From an uncultured Aliarcobacter sp. (GTDB lineage Bacteria > Campylobacterota > Campylobacteria > Campylobacterales > Arcobacteraceae), in contig CAXXLV010000001.1 in assembly GCA_963664305.2 (NCBI GenBank), forward strand, positions 416,001 through 480,000: 64,000 bases of DNA, read 5' to 3'. How positions within the stretch are numbered: position 1 is the stretch's first letter; each line of letters begins with the position of its first letter. The position numbers and the translations under genes were made by a program. The notes beneath the pieces were generated by a model that had not been told where the DNA came from, did no database searches, and was given only the letters and a program-made list of their open reading frames with translations. Shown here in pieces: positions 1-12,000 of this stretch.

Positions 1-278
1 AAGGTTGTAGTGCAATTTTATGGAATGACCCAGCAAAAGTTGAAACTGCAGCAAATGCATTAAAAATTACAGCTGAAAATTTAAAAGAATTAAATCTAAT
101 TGATGATGTAATTAATGAACCATTAATTGGTGCACATAGACAAAAAGAAGAAGCTATTTTTGCTTTAAGAGAATATTTCTTAAATTCATTAGAAGAGTTA
201 AAAAAATTAACTCCAGCACAAAGATCTCAAAGAAAATATGAGAAAATCATGGCTTTAGGATCTTTCGAAGATAAATAA
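1..278 (+). CDS. accA: Acetyl-CoA carboxylase carboxyltransferase alpha subunit, 3' part (starts before window)
   Basis: Frame from nt 3 reads GCSAILWNDPAKVETAANALKITAENLKELNLIDDVINEPLIGAHR...SFEDK, stop TAA at 276-278; typical AccA C-terminus. Confidence 0.93.
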   Translation, partial: GCSAILWNDPAKVETAANALKITAENLKELNLIDDVINEPLIGAHRQKEEAIFALREYFLNSLEELKKLTPAQRSQRKYEKIMALGSFEDK

Positions 279-287
279 TAGACAAGA

Positions 288-632
288 TTAAATATCTTGT
301 CTATCTCTTACTAATCTACCAACTGGCTCACCACCAATTAAATGAAAATGTAAATGATGTACTTCTTGTCCACCATCTTTCCCGATATTTGTAATTAATC
401 TATAACCACTTTCTCTCACATTCAGTTTTGAAGCAACTTTTTGAATAAATTCAGTCATTCCAGACATAATTTTTGGAGGAATTACATCAAATGAATCATA
501 ATGCTCTTTTGGAATAATTAAAACATGAATCTTTCTTGTTGGATTTATATCATTAAAAGCTAAAAAATTTTCATCTTCTAATATAGTTTGATTTGGTATT
601 TCACCTTTTACAATCTTACAAAATATACACAT
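288..632 (-). CDS. hinT: Histidine triad nucleotide-binding protein
   Basis: CIFCKI N-terminus and HHLHFHLIGG HIT motif. Confidence 0.93.
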   Translation of the reverse strand: MCIFCKIVKGEIPNQTILEDENFLAFNDINPTRKIHVLIIPKEHYDSFDVIPPKIMSGMTEFIQKVASKLNVRESGYRLITNIGKDGGQEVHHLHFHLIGGEPVGRLVRDRQDI

Positions 633-661
633 TAGTTTTCCTTGAATTTAATTAGTAAATG

Positions 662-697
662 ATTATAACCAAACTCTAATAAATCTTTATGTATAAT
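662..697. promoter_or_regulatory. Divergent sigma70 -10 boxes for hinT (-) and the pheS operon (+)
   Basis: ATTATA at 662-667 (TATAAT on minus) and TATAAT at 692-697. Confidence 0.55.
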
Positions 698-762
698 CGC
701 AATTTCATAGAATTATATAGTTTATTTATACAAATAATTATTCAACAAAATAGGGAGAAAAA

Positions 763-1755
763 GTGACACAGTGGATTGAAAAAATAACCAATGCAGCATC
801 ACTTGAAGAGTTAGAAAATTTAAGAATTGACACTTTAGGAAAAAAAGGTGTACTTACTTTAGAATTTGCTAAAATGAAAAGTGTACCAAATGAAGAAAAA
901 AAAGCTTTTGCTGAAAATTTAAACAAACAAAAAACTTTAATAACAGAAGCTTTAGAAGCAAAAAAAATTGTTTTAGAAAAAATTGCATTAAATGCAAAAT
1001 TAGAAAATGAAAAAATTGATGTAACTAGATTTAACAATGAATTATCATGTGGTGCAACTCATCCAGTTGTTGAAACAATGGATAGAATTATTAAATATTT
1101 TCAGAATTTAAATTTTGCAGTTGAAGAAGGTCCACTAGTAGAAGATGACTTCCATAATTTTGAAGCATTAAATCTACCAAAATATCACCCTGCTCGTGAT
1201 ATGCAAGACACATTTTACAATAAAGACTACACTCTTTTAAGAACACATACTTCTCCTGTACAAATAAGAACTATGCTTAGTCAAAAAACTCCTATTAGAA
1301 TGATTGCACCAGGAACTGTATTTAGAAGAGATTTTGATATTACTCATACACCAATGTTTCATCAAATTGAAGCTTTAGTTGTTGATGAAGCAGATAAAGT
1401 TTCATTTGCTAACTTAAAACATGTTTTAGTTGAATTTTTACAACATATGTTTGGAGATGTTGAAGTTAGATTTAGACCATCATTTTTCCCATTCACTGAA
1501 CCATCAGCTGAAGTAGACATTTCATGTGTATTCTGTAAAGGAGATGGTTGTAGAGTTTGCTCACAAACTGGATGGCTTGAAGTTTTAGGTTGTGGCGTTG
1601 TTGATGAAAATGTATTTAAAGCAGTTGGATACGAAAATAAATCAGGATATGCATTTGGATTAGGTGTTGAAAGATTTGCAATGCTAATTCATAATATTGG
1701 AGATTTAAGATCACTATTTGAAAGTGATACAAGACTATTAGGACAATTCAAATGA
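763..1755 (+). CDS. pheS: Phenylalanine-tRNA ligase alpha subunit
   Basis: [32 protein letters not shown] motifs; GTG start after GGGAG. Confidence 0.98.
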   Translation: MTQWIEKITNAASLEELENLRIDTLGKKGVLTLEFAKMKSVPNEEKKAFAENLNKQKTLITEALEAKKIVLEKIALNAKLENEKIDVTRFNNELSCGATHPVVETMDRIIKYFQNLNFAVEEGPLVEDDFHNFEALNLPKYHPARDMQDTFYNKDYTLLRTHTSPVQIRTMLSQKTPIRMIAPGTVFRRDFDITHTPMFHQIEALVVDEADKVSFANLKHVLVEFLQHMFGDVEVRFRPSFFPFTEPSAEVDISCVFCKGDGCRVCSQTGWLEVLGCGVVDENVFKAVGYENKSGYAFGLGVERFAMLIHNIGDLRSLFESDTRLLGQFK

Positions 1756-4073
1756 TTATTACAAAAAATTGGTTAGAAGATTTTATCGATATTTCAAAAA
1801 TTTCTGTTGATGAGATTTGTAAAACATTAAATGCTATTGGTCTTGAAGTTGACAGTGTAGAAAATCTTTCTATTCCTTCAAAAGTTGTTGTTGGAAAAGT
1901 ATTAGAAAAAATTAAACACCCTGAAGCAGACAAACTAAATATTTGTCAAATTGATTTAGGTGATAAAGTTGTTCAAATTGTTTGTGGTGCAAAAAATGTT
2001 GATGTTGACCAATATGTACCAATTGCAACTATTGGTTGTGATTTAGGAAATGATTTTATTATTAAAGAAGCAAAATTAAGAGGTGTAGAATCAAATGGAA
2101 TGATTTGTTCATCTACTGAATTAGGACTTCCAAAGCTAAATGATGGGATTTTAGTTTTAGATAATTCAATTGGAGAATTAATTTTAGGAAAAGAGTTAAA
2201 AGAATATCCAAAATTAAATGATTCAGTAATTGAAATTGGATTAACTGCAAATAGAGGTGATTGTTTAAGTATTTATGGAATAGTAAGAGAATTAAGTGCA
2301 TTTTATTCTCTACCATTATTAGAACTTGATAAACAAATTAATTACAATGAATTTGGAATTGGTCAAGTATTTGAAATTGATTGTGAAAGTTGTGTTGATG
2401 CATCTTTATCATTTAAAGCTGTAAATTTTGAAAATTTCAAATTAAATGTGTTAGCAAAATATAGAACAGCAATTATTGGAAAATATCAAGATAACAACGA
2501 TATTAAAAATGTTTTAACTTATGTTACACATTCAACAGGTGTAATTTTAAATGCATATTCAAAAGAGAAAACTTTAAAAAATAATAATTTAAGTATTTTA
2601 CATGTAAAAAAAGATGAAGATGGATTTGATAATATTTATGGTTCTGAACAATTAAGTAAAATTTGTGTTGAACAAAAAGATATTGAATTAATTGGAAATG
2701 ATTTTATAATTGAAGCTTCATATATTAATCCTGAATTAATATCAAAAAAAGTTTTTGATAAAAAAATCAAAACTGGTGATGTGTATTATAAAGCTTCAAG
2801 AGGAAGTGAACCAAATATAGAATTTGGTATAGATTATTTATCAAATTTAGTTTCAAAATCTGGTGCATTAATTTATAGAGGAAGTGAAACATTTATTGAA
2901 GATAAAGAAAAATTAACATTAGATGTAAGTACAAAAAAAATCAATTCAATAATTGGTCAAGAAATCCCTAAAATTGAAATTGAAAGAATTCTTATTTCAT
3001 TAGGATTTGAAGTAAAAGATACAGTTGATAATGTTTTAGCAATAAAAATTCCTTACTTTAGACATGATATCAAAAACGTTGCAGATGTAACTGAAGAGAT
3101 AGTAAGAATTATTGGAATTGATAATATTGTTTCTAAACCTCTACAAATTGATGAAGTAAATAGAATAAATAAAACATCAATTGATTTAATTAAAAAAAAT
3201 AAATTAAGATTTAAAGCTATTGAAAATGGTTTTTTTGAAACATTAACTTATGTATTTGCTTCAAAAGAAAATCTAGAAAAATATGGTTTTAAAACTGTAA
3301 AAGAAGAACTTGAACTTATAAATCCAATTGTAAAAGAGTTAAATACATATAGAACTACAATGCTATTAAATCTAGTTGAAGCTTGTGCAAATAACTTTAA
3401 AATTGGAGCTAGATCAACTGCATTTTTTGAAATTGGTACAATTTTCGATGAAAATAGAAAAGAGAGTAAAAAAGTTTCTTTCATCCAAACAGGTTTTTCT
3501 GAACTTGAAGAGATAGAAAATGCTGGTAAACCAAAAAATATAGATTTTTTCTCTTTCGCTAAAAAGATTTTAAATACTATTGGTAAATTTGATTTAGAAG
3601 CAATGATTACAATTAATAATCAATTTATTCATCCATATCAAAATGCAAATGTTTTAATTGATGGAAAAGTTGTTGGATTTATTTCAAAATTACATCCAAG
3701 TGTTTGTGAAGATTATGATTTAAGTGATACTTTTATTGCTGAAATCGATTTTGAAGCAATTAAAAATGATATTATTAAAACAACATCATATTCAAAATTT
3801 CAATCATCAAAAAAAGATTTAAGTATTATTGCTCCAAAATCTTTAGAATATAAAGAGATTAAAAAAGCAATTGATTCATTAAACAATAAAAACATCAAAC
3901 AGTTTAATTTAATTGACGTTTATAACGATGAAAAATTAGGTGAAAATGAAAGTTTAACAATTAGATTTGTTTTACAAAATGATGAAAAAACGATGGAAGA
4001 AGAAGATATCACAACAACTATGAATTCAATTCTTGATGTATTAAATCAAAAATTATCAATTGGCTTAAGATAA
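1752..4073 (+). CDS. pheT: Phenylalanine-tRNA ligase beta subunit
   Basis: [26 protein letters not shown] motifs; overlaps pheS stop. Confidence 0.97.
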   Translation: MIITKNWLEDFIDISKISVDEICKTLNAIGLEVDSVENLSIPSKVVVGKVLEKIKHPEADKLNICQIDLGDKVVQIVCGAKNVDVDQYVPIATIGCDLGNDFIIKEAKLRGVESNGMICSSTELGLPKLNDGILVLDNSIGELILGKELKEYPKLNDSVIEIGLTANRGDCLSIYGIVRELSAFYSLPLLELDKQINYNEFGIGQVFEIDCESCVDASLSFKAVNFENFKLNVLAKYRTAIIGKYQDNNDIKNVLTYVTHSTGVILNAYSKEKTLKNNNLSILHVKKDEDGFDNIYGSEQLSKICVEQKDIELIGNDFIIEASYINPELISKKVFDKKIKTGDVYYKASRGSEPNIEFGIDYLSNLVSKSGALIYRGSETFIEDKEKLTLDVSTKKINSIIGQEIPKIEIERILISLGFEVKDTVDNVLAIKIPYFRHDIKNVADVTEEIVRIIGIDNIVSKPLQIDEVNRINKTSIDLIKKNKLRFKAIENGFFETLTYVFASKENLEKYGFKTVKEELELINPIVKELNTYRTTMLLNLVEACANNFKIGARSTAFFEIGTIFDENRKESKKVSFIQTGFSELEEIENAGKPKNIDFFSFAKKILNTIGKFDLEAMITINNQFIHPYQNANVLIDGKVVGFISKLHPSVCEDYDLSDTFIAEIDFEAIKNDIIKTTSYSKFQSSKKDLSIIAPKSLEYKEIKKAIDSLNNKNIKQFNLIDVYNDEKLGENESLTIRFVLQNDEKTMEEEDITTTMNSILDVLNQKLSIGLR

Positions 4074-4088
4074 TAAAAAAGGGAAAAA

Positions 4089-5369
4089 GTGGAAAAATTT
4101 AGTATAAAAAAATTAACAAAACCATTTAATGTAGAGATAGATTCAATTGCTAGTGATAAATCAATATCACATAGATGTGCAATGTTTTCACTTTTTTCAA
4201 ATGAAACTTCTTATATAAAAAACTATTTAACAGCTGAAGATACTTTAAATACTTTAAGTATTGTTGAACAACTTGGAGCAAAAATAAAAAGAGATGGAAG
4301 TTATGTTGAAATAACTCCAACTTCTACTTTAACTGAACCATCAGATGTTCTTGATTGTGGAAACTCTGGAACTGCAATGAGACTGTTTTGTGGTTTATTA
4401 GCTAGTGTTGATGGAGCATTTACACTAACAGGTGATAAATATTTAAGAAATAGACCTATGAAAAGAGTTGCTGATCCATTAAGAAGTATTGGTGCATTAA
4501 TTGATGGAAGAGAAAATGGAAATAAAGCTCCTTTATTTATTAGAGGTGTAAAAGAACTTCAGCCATTTACTTATCACTCTCCTGTTGATTCAGCACAAGT
4601 AAAATCAGCTATGATACTTGCAGCTTTAAGAGCAAATGGTATTTCAAAATATAAGGAAAATGAGTTAACAAGAGACCATACGGAGCGAATGTTAAAAGGT
4701 ATGGGAGCAATTTTAGAAAATGATTCTGAAGGATTTATAAACATTCATCCATTAACAGGTCATTTAAAACCATTGAATATTACAGTACCAACAGATCCTA
4801 GTTCAGCATTTTTCTTTGCAGTTGCGGCTGCTATTACTCCAAACTCTAGAGTTTTAATAAAAAATGTAACTTTAAATCCAACTAGAGTTGAAGCTTATGA
4901 AGTTTTAAAAAGAATGGGTGTTATTGTTAATTTTATTGAAAAAGAAAATGTATATGAACCAATAGGTGATATTGAAGTAATAAATAATGAATTAAATGGC
5001 GTTGAAGTTCATGAAAACATTTCTTGGCTAATTGATGAATTACCAGCACTTTCAATTGCTATGAGTTTAGCAAATGGCAAATCAAAAGTATCAAATGCAA
5101 AAGAATTAAGAGTTAAAGAGAGTGATAGAATTTCTAGTGTTGTGAATAATCTGAAACTTTGTGGTGTTGAATATACAGAATTTGAAGATGGTTATGAAAT
5201 TATTGGTGGAACTATGAAAAAAGCTGTAATAAATTCTCATGGTGACCATAGAATTGCAATGAGCTTCTCAATTGCTGGTTTAAATTGTGATATGGATATT
5301 GAAGATACACAATGTATAGAAACTTCTTTCCCAAATTTTAAAGAAATACTAGATTCTTTATTCAATTAA
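4089..5369 (+). CDS. aroA: 3-phosphoshikimate 1-carboxyvinyltransferase (EPSP synthase)
   Basis: [34 protein letters not shown] motifs. Confidence 0.98.
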   Translation: MEKFSIKKLTKPFNVEIDSIASDKSISHRCAMFSLFSNETSYIKNYLTAEDTLNTLSIVEQLGAKIKRDGSYVEITPTSTLTEPSDVLDCGNSGTAMRLFCGLLASVDGAFTLTGDKYLRNRPMKRVADPLRSIGALIDGRENGNKAPLFIRGVKELQPFTYHSPVDSAQVKSAMILAALRANGISKYKENELTRDHTERMLKGMGAILENDSEGFINIHPLTGHLKPLNITVPTDPSSAFFFAVAAAITPNSRVLIKNVTLNPTRVEAYEVLKRMGVIVNFIEKENVYEPIGDIEVINNELNGVEVHENISWLIDELPALSIAMSLANGKSKVSNAKELRVKESDRISSVVNNLKLCGVEYTEFEDGYEIIGGTMKKAVINSHGDHRIAMSFSIAGLNCDMDIEDTQCIETSFPNFKEILDSLFN

Positions 5370-5377
5370 GGTAAATT

Positions 5378-6214
5378 ATGGAAATAAAATTAGCATCAAA
5401 TTATGGATTTTGTTTTGGTGTAAAAAGAGCTATAAAAATTGCTGAAGACTATAAAGATTCGGCAACTATGGGACCACTAATTCATAATCAAGATGAAATA
5501 AATAGATTAAAAAATGATTTTAATGTAGGTTTATATACAAAATTAGATGACGTAAAAGAAAATGATACTGTAATCATTAGAACACATGGTATTCCTAAAA
5601 ATGATTTAAAAAATTTAAGAAAATTAAATGCAAAAGTCATAAATGCAACTTGCCCTTTTGTTACTACTCCTCAACAAATAGTTAAAAAAATGTCAAGAGA
5701 AGGGTACTCTATTCTTATTTTTGGAGATGCTGATCATCCTGAAGTAAAAGGTGTACAATCATATGGAGAAGACCAAGATGATGTACATATTATTTTAGAA
5801 CCATCTGATTTAGAAGAAATTACTTTTAAAAATAATAAAATTGCAACTGTTGCACAAACTACAAAAAAGAAAGAAAACTATCTTGAAATTGTTAATGCCT
5901 TAATTTTAAAAAATAAAGAAGTTAGAGTATTTAACACAATTTGTGATGCTACATTTGAAAATCAAGATGCAGCAAGAGAACTATCAAAAGAAGTTGACAT
6001 TATGATTGTAATTGGTGGTAAAAATTCATCAAATACAAAACAATTACACTCAATTTGTATTGAAAATTGTCCTGATTCATATCTAATAGAAAATGAAAAT
6101 GAACTAGATATTAATTGGTTTAAAAATAAAAATTTATGTGGAATAACTGCTGGTGCAAGCACGCCTGATTGGATAATTCAACAAGTTATAGACAAGATTA
6201 AATCATTTAACTAA
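5378..6214 (+). CDS. ispH: 4-hydroxy-3-methylbut-2-enyl diphosphate reductase
   Basis: GFCFGVKRA, ATCPFV, TICDAT, SSNT, TAGASTP motifs. Confidence 0.97.
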   Translation: MEIKLASNYGFCFGVKRAIKIAEDYKDSATMGPLIHNQDEINRLKNDFNVGLYTKLDDVKENDTVIIRTHGIPKNDLKNLRKLNAKVINATCPFVTTPQQIVKKMSREGYSILIFGDADHPEVKGVQSYGEDQDDVHIILEPSDLEEITFKNNKIATVAQTTKKKENYLEIVNALILKNKEVRVFNTICDATFENQDAARELSKEVDIMIVIGGKNSSNTKQLHSICIENCPDSYLIENENELDINWFKNKNLCGITAGASTPDWIIQQVIDKIKSFN

Positions 6215-6219
6215 GAGTT

Positions 6220-6242
6220 TTTAAGCCTTTTTTCTGTATAAT
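6220..6242 (+). promoter_or_regulatory. Internal promoter for rpsA-serA-efp
   Basis: TTTAAG, T-tract and TATAAT (6237-6242) in the ispH-rpsA gap. Confidence 0.55.
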
Positions 6243-6281
6243 CGTTCCATTTAATAAAACTGGTAAATATGAAGGAATAAA

Positions 6282-7934
6282 ATGGGTATCGAAGATATTG
6301 ATTTAGGTGAAGACTTTGATTTTGAGCAAATGCTTAATGAGTCTTTTGAGAATTCGGAAAATAATTCTGTTGTTGATGGTGTAATTGTTGAAATTACTAA
6401 TGAAAGAGTATTAGTTGATGTTGGTCAAAAAATTGAGGGTCAATTATCTGTTTCAGAAATTACAATCGGTGGTGAAATAAAATATAAAGTTGGTGATGTA
6501 ATCCCTGTTATGTTAATGGGTAACAGAGGAGAAAGACCAAATATATCTCACAAAAAAGTTTTACAAAAAGAAAAATTTGATGCTTTTGTAAAAGCTCATG
6601 GTGAAAACTTCGAAGATGTAACTATTGAAGGTAAAATTGTTTCTGTAAAACAAAGAGGTGGTTTTATCATTGAAGATGCTGATGGTTGTGAATATTTCAT
6701 GCCTATGGCACAATCTTATCTAAAAGCACAAGGTGCAATTGGAAAAACTGTAAAAGCTAAAGTTATCAAAGTTAATAAAGCTCAAAATTCAATTATCGTT
6801 TCTAGAAAAAAATTAATTGAAGAATCTAAAGCTGTTAAAGATAACAAAGTTACTGAAATTTTAGATAATAAAGAACCAATCAATGGTATTATCAAAAAAA
6901 TCACTTCTTATGGAATGTTTGTAGATTTAGGTGGAATTGATGGTTTAGTAAACTACAATGAAATCTCTTACAAAGGTCCAGTAAATCCTGCAAATTATTA
7001 CAACGAAGGTGATGAAGTTTCTGTTGTAGTTTTATCTTATGACAAAGCAAAACAACACTTATCATTATCAATTAAAGCTGCTTTATCTAATCCTTGGGAA
7101 GAGATTAAAGATGAATTAGAAGTTGGTGATACAATTACTGTTACTGTTTCTAACTTCGAATCTTATGGTGCATTCGTTGATTTAGGAAATGACATTGAAG
7201 GTTTATTACATATTTCTGAAATTTCATGGAATAAAAACTTAAAAAATCCAAAAGAACTTTTAACAATCGGTGAAGAAATCAATGTTGAAGTTATTGAATT
7301 AAATGTTGAACAAAAAAGATTAAGAGTATCTTTAAAAAATTTACAAGAAAAACCTTTCACTAAATTTACGAATGAGCACAAAGTTGGTGATGTTATAAAA
7401 GGTAAAATTGCTACTTTAACTGATTTTGGTGCATTTGTATCAATTGGTGAAGTTGATGGTTTATTACACAATGAAGAAGCTTCTTGGGAACCAAATGCTA
7501 AATGTAAATCATTATTCAAAAAAGGTGATGATGTTGAAGTAAAAATTATTAAAATTGATAAAGAAAAAGAAAATATTTCATTATCAATAAAAGAAATTGC
7601 TGATTCTCCTGCAAAAAGATTCCAAGATACATATAAACTTGGTGACATTGTAAAAGGTACAGTTAAAGATACTAAAGATTTTGGTGTATTCATCAAATTA
7701 GAAAACAATCTTGACGGATTAATCAGAAATGAAGATTTCGGACCATTAAAACCTGAAGAAATCAAAAATGGTGATGAAATTGAAGCTGTAATCGTAAATA
7801 TTGATACTAAAAAAAATAGAGTTAGATTATCAGTAAAAAGATTAGAGCAACAACAAGAAAGAGAAGTTTTAAAATCTGTTAATGATGATTCATCTATGAC
7901 TTTAGGTGATATTTTAAAAGATCAAATAAAATAA
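6282..7934 (+). CDS. rpsA: 30S ribosomal protein S1
   Basis: Repeated S1 domains (YGMFVDLGG, YGAFVDLG, FGAFV, FGVFI); TLGDIL C-terminus. Confidence 0.97.
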   Translation: MGIEDIDLGEDFDFEQMLNESFENSENNSVVDGVIVEITNERVLVDVGQKIEGQLSVSEITIGGEIKYKVGDVIPVMLMGNRGERPNISHKKVLQKEKFDAFVKAHGENFEDVTIEGKIVSVKQRGGFIIEDADGCEYFMPMAQSYLKAQGAIGKTVKAKVIKVNKAQNSIIVSRKKLIEESKAVKDNKVTEILDNKEPINGIIKKITSYGMFVDLGGIDGLVNYNEISYKGPVNPANYYNEGDEVSVVVLSYDKAKQHLSLSIKAALSNPWEEIKDELEVGDTITVTVSNFESYGAFVDLGNDIEGLLHISEISWNKNLKNPKELLTIGEEINVEVIELNVEQKRLRVSLKNLQEKPFTKFTNEHKVGDVIKGKIATLTDFGAFVSIGEVDGLLHNEEASWEPNAKCKSLFKKGDDVEVKIIKIDKEKENISLSIKEIADSPAKRFQDTYKLGDIVKGTVKDTKDFGVFIKLENNLDGLIRNEDFGPLKPEEIKNGDEIEAVIVNIDTKKNRVRLSVKRLEQQQEREVLKSVNDDSSMTLGDILKDQIK

Positions 7935-7948
7935 TAGGAATTATTTAA

Positions 7949-9532
7949 ATGAGTAAACATACAATTGTAGTTTGTGATCATATACATGAAGCTGGTTTAC
8001 AAATTCTTCAAAATACTGAAGATGTAAACTACGTATATGCTGCAGACGTAAATAAAACAGAGCTATTAGATATTATAAAAGATGCTCATGTAGCAATTAC
8101 AAGATCTTCAACTGATGTTGATGAAAAATTTTTAAATGCTGCGACAAATTTAAAAGCAATTATTAGAGCTGGTGTTGGATACGATAATGTTGATATTGAT
8201 GGATGTAGTAAAAGAGGAATAATCGCAATGAATGTTCCAACTGCAAATACAATAGCAGCAGTTGAATTAACAATGACACATATGTTATCTTGTATGAGAA
8301 AATTCCCATATGCTCATAATCAATTAAAAAATGATAGAGTATGGAAAAGAGAAGATTGGTATGGTAATGAGCTTTATGGAAAAAAATTAGGTGTTATTGG
8401 TTTTGGTAACATTGGACATAGAGTTGCATTAAGAGCTAAATCATTTGAAATGGAAGTAATCACTTACGATCCATATATTCCTTCAACAAAAGCAACTGAT
8501 TTAGGTATCAAATACACTACTAATTTCGAAGATATTTTAGCTTGTGATATTATTACAATTCACACACCTAAAAACAAAGAAACTATTGATATGATTAGTT
8601 TTGATGAAATTGCAAGAATGAAAGATGGTGTAATTTTAATTAACTGCGCTAGAGGTGGATTATATAACGAAGATGCATTATATGAAAACCTTAAATCTGG
8701 GAAAATTGCAATGGCAGGTATAGATGTATTTAAAAAAGAACCAGCAACAAACAACCCATTATTAGATTTACCAAATATAACTGTAACTGCACACTTAGGT
8801 GCAAATACAAAAGAATCACAAAAAGAGATTTCTATTCAAGCAGCAAATAATGCTATTGAATCTGCAAGAGGAATTGCATATCCAAATGCTTTAAATTTAC
8901 CAATAGATGAAAGTAAAATTCCTTCATTTGTAAAACCATATATTGAATTAACACAAAAAATGGCATTTTTATTAGCACAAATTAGTAAAAGTGAAATTAG
9001 ATCAATCAATATTTCAGCTGAAGGTAAAATTTCTGAATATTTAGACTCATTACAAACTTTTGCTACTGTTGGCGTTTTAGCAGTTAGTTCAGGGAGTGAA
9101 GTTAATTACGTTAATGCAAACTTCATCGCAAAAGAAAAAGGTATTGAATTAACAATGTCTGAATTATCTAACTTAAGTGGATATCAAAACAAAGTTACAA
9201 TCAAAATAACAACTCCAACAGGTGTTAAAACTATTTCTGGAACTGTATTTAATGATGATGTACAAAGAATTGTTGAACTAAGTGGATTCCCATTAGACAT
9301 TGAACCAAAAGGTAAAATGATTATCATGAGAAACAATGATGTACCAGGTGTAATTGGTGAAGTTGGAAGAATCTTAGGTGATAATAAAATAAATATTGCT
9401 GACTTTAGACTATCAAGAGGTAAAGAAGGTGCATTAGCAGTTATTCTTCTTGATGAAAAACCAAGTTCAGAAGTAATTAAAAAACTTGATAATTTAGAAG
9501 CTGCAATTGCAGTTGCTTACGCTGAAATATAA
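7949..9532 (+). CDS. serA: D-3-phosphoglycerate dehydrogenase (long form with ASB/ACT domains)
   Basis: RAGVGYDNVD, GFGNIG, INCARGG, HLGANT; C-terminal ACT (DVPGVIG). Confidence 0.96.
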   Translation: MSKHTIVVCDHIHEAGLQILQNTEDVNYVYAADVNKTELLDIIKDAHVAITRSSTDVDEKFLNAATNLKAIIRAGVGYDNVDIDGCSKRGIIAMNVPTANTIAAVELTMTHMLSCMRKFPYAHNQLKNDRVWKREDWYGNELYGKKLGVIGFGNIGHRVALRAKSFEMEVITYDPYIPSTKATDLGIKYTTNFEDILACDIITIHTPKNKETIDMISFDEIARMKDGVILINCARGGLYNEDALYENLKSGKIAMAGIDVFKKEPATNNPLLDLPNITVTAHLGANTKESQKEISIQAANNAIESARGIAYPNALNLPIDESKIPSFVKPYIELTQKMAFLLAQISKSEIRSINISAEGKISEYLDSLQTFATVGVLAVSSGSEVNYVNANFIAKEKGIELTMSELSNLSGYQNKVTIKITTPTGVKTISGTVFNDDVQRIVELSGFPLDIEPKGKMIIMRNNDVPGVIGEVGRILGDNKINIADFRLSRGKEGALAVILLDEKPSSEVIKKLDNLEAAIAVAYAEI

Positions 9533-9541
9533 GGAGAAAAT

Positions 9542-10102
9542 ATGGCAATTGGTATGAGTGAATTAAAAAAAGGATTAAAAATCGAAGTTGATGGAATTCC
9601 TTACAAAATTACAGAATATCAACATGTAAAACCTGGAAAAGGGGCAGCATTTGTAAGATGTAAAATTAAATCATTTTTAAATGGAAAAGTAATTGAAAAA
9701 ACTTTCCACGCGGGTGATAAATGTGAAGTTCCAAACTTACAACAAAAACAAATGCAATTTTTATATGATGATGGTGAGTTATTACAATTTATGGATAACA
9801 CAACTTATGAGCAAGAAGGATTAACTTACGAGCAAGTTGGTGATGCATTTGATTGGATTATTGATGGTATGACTTGTGATATGATGTACTTTAATGGTAA
9901 AGCAATCACAGTTGAACCACCTATGGTAGTTGAATTAAAAATTGTTGAAACTCCACCTAACTTTAAAGGTGACTCTCAAGGTGGAAGAAAACCTGCTACT
10001 TTAGAATCAGGTGCAGTTGTTCAAATTCCTTTCCACATCTTAGAAGGTGACGTTATTAAAGTAGACACTAGAACTGGTGAATACTTAGAAAAAGTAAAAT
10101 AG
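9542..10102 (+). CDS. efp: Elongation factor P
   Basis: [10 protein letters not shown] loop and VDTRTGEY C-terminus. Confidence 0.98.
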   Translation: MAIGMSELKKGLKIEVDGIPYKITEYQHVKPGKGAAFVRCKIKSFLNGKVIEKTFHAGDKCEVPNLQQKQMQFLYDDGELLQFMDNTTYEQEGLTYEQVGDAFDWIIDGMTCDMMYFNGKAITVEPPMVVELKIVETPPNFKGDSQGGRKPATLESGAVVQIPFHILEGDVIKVDTRTGEYLEKVK

Positions 10103-10120
10103 TAGCAAAGCTACTATTTT
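10096..10120. terminator. Bidirectional hairpin between convergent efp and ribD
   Basis: AAAATAGTAGC-AAA-GCTACTATTTT perfect inverted repeat covering both stop codons. Confidence 0.7.
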
Positions 10121-11118
10121 CTTTTTAAGAAAATAATTTTATCTTCTCCAATAAAATTCTCATGCATTATTTCAAAATCTAAATTAATTTCATTTAAAGC
10201 ATTTTGCCCTTTTTTTATTTTTGAATTAACTATTAATATTAAAAAATCTATTCTTTCTTTTAATTTATCCAATAAAGTATAAATACCTTCAATCATAATA
10301 AACTTATAATCTAGTAATTTAAATAAATCATCTGAAATTATGACATTTCTATTTGGAATTTTAAACAATGGAATATTATTATCAAATATTTTATTTTTAC
10401 TATATATAAAAACATCAGGAGCTCGACCGGCAATATATCTTGCATCTAATGTTGGCTTGTCAATTCTAACGCTGTTTCCACCAATTACTAATAAATCTAT
10501 TTTATCTCTTAATGTATGAACATATGCAAGTGCTCTATTACCTGATATTTTACCATCTATACTTCCATTTAATGTTTGTGCCATTTTAAAAAAAACACAA
10601 CTCTTATTTTGCCAAGAAATAAAAGGTAATAAAAGGTCATTTCCTTCTTTTTCTAATATTCCAATAGTCACATCAATGTTTGCATCTTTTAACGTTTCTA
10701 AACCACCTGTAGCTTCTACATTTGGATCTTTAACAGATATAATAACTCTTTTTGGTTTTATAACTTTTAAAAGATTTGCACATGATGGTGTTTTACCTAT
10801 ATGATTACATGGTTCTAATGTAACATATAATTCACAATCATTAAAAAAATTATCATGATTCTTTAAAAAAAATTCATGAATGTCATGTGAATTATTTTTT
10901 GTTTTTAATACAGAATTTGGATAAATTTTTAAGTATGCAGATTTAAGTGCATTTATTTCTGCATGAGGCATTCCAGCTTCTTTATGTGCTTCTACAGCTA
11001 AAAGTTTCCCATCTTTAAGAACAACACAACCAACAGCAGGATTAGGATAAGTTAAAAGTTGATATTTCCATGCTTCATCAATTGCTAATTTCATATAAAA
11101 ATTATCATCTATTTTCAT
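10114..11118 (-). CDS. ribD: Riboflavin biosynthesis deaminase/reductase
   Basis: PNPAVGCV, HAE, TLEPCNHIGKTPSC zinc motif; reductase domain follows. Confidence 0.96.
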   Translation of the reverse strand: MKIDDNFYMKLAIDEAWKYQLLTYPNPAVGCVVLKDGKLLAVEAHKEAGMPHAEINALKSAYLKIYPNSVLKTKNNSHDIHEFFLKNHDNFFNDCELYVTLEPCNHIGKTPSCANLLKVIKPKRVIISVKDPNVEATGGLETLKDANIDVTIGILEKEGNDLLLPFISWQNKSCVFFKMAQTLNGSIDGKISGNRALAYVHTLRDKIDLLVIGGNSVRIDKPTLDARYIAGRAPDVFIYSKNKIFDNNIPLFKIPNRNVIISDDLFKLLDYKFIMIEGIYTLLDKLKERIDFLILIVNSKIKKGQNALNEINLDFEIMHENFIGEDKIIFLKRK

Positions 11119-11215
11119 TTTATAAATCGCTTTTTAATAAATTTTAGGAAAGTAGTATATATTAAGTAGTTTTAATTAGTAGTTAAAATTAAAAGAGAAA
11201 ATTCCCTTCTAATTT

Positions 11216-11644
11216 TTACCATTCAAAGTATGTAGATGCAGCTAAAATAGAATCATATGATAATTCATCTTCCCCAAATTCAGTTTTGATTATTATCTTT
11301 TGTTCATCAGCATAAATTAATTGCCCTTTATAAACTTCAGTTGAGAAATCTTTTACTCTTATATTCTCACCAACAGAAGCTATAAAATGTTCTTTCTTTT
11401 TTAATTTTCTTTCAATTCCAGGAGAACTTACTTCTAATACATATTCTCCACTCATTGGTTCATTTACATCTAATATTGGAGAAATCATTCTTGAGATTTC
11501 TGCACATTTATCTAAACTTACTCCACCTTCTGCTGTAACAGAAACTCTAAAAATATTTTTATCATGCTCTTTTACAGTAGATATATCATAAAGTTTTGCA
11601 CCTAAGCTTTCAACTGCTAACTTAATTGATTCTTCTAAATTCAT
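11216..11644 (-). CDS. rimP: Ribosome maturation factor RimP
   Basis: [14 protein letters not shown] motif. Confidence 0.95.
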   Translation of the reverse strand: MNLEESIKLAVESLGAKLYDISTVKEHDKNIFRVSVTAEGGVSLDKCAEISRMISPILDVNEPMSGEYVLEVSSPGIERKLKKKEHFIASVGENIRVKDFSTEVYKGQLIYADEQKIIIKTEFGEDELSYDSILAASTYFEW

Positions 11645-12000
11645 TCTTCACTACTCTTTGTTTTTCGAATTTGTGCAAATAGATCTTCAAGATGTTTTGA
11701 TTTTTCTAATGAAGTATCATTTACAAATGTAAAATTTGGACATTTATACCAACCAGTACTTGCTAATATATGAGTTTTTAATCTTCCATTAGCCTTATTC
11801 AAAGATGAAATAATCTCTTTTATTTCAGTCTTGTCGTAATCTGAACCATCAAAATAAACAATTGCATCATACTTACCATTTTTACAGTTAACACCTGTAA
11901 TTGGTAAAGAGTTGATTTTTGCATCACTTAAATTTGATAATGCTTCCGGAATCAACTCCATAAGTAATGATTCTGTTCTTTGTAAATTTATACTTTTCAT
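11641..12000 (-). CDS. rbfA: Ribosome-binding factor A
   Basis: Size, position after inf[15 protein letters not shown]-terminal motif. Confidence 0.9.
   Translation of the reverse strand: MKSINLQRTESLLMELIPEALSNLSDAKINSLPITGVNCKNGKYDAIVYFDGSDYDKTEIKEIISSLNKANGRLKTHILASTGWYKCPNFTFVNDTSLEKSKHLEDLFAQIRKTKSSEE

Noticed and set aside
7163..7765. 200-aa antisense ORF in rpsA and the other short antisense or nested ORFs in the track
   Set aside because: Shadows of conserved genes caused by codon bias; no recognisable motifs or convincing RBS
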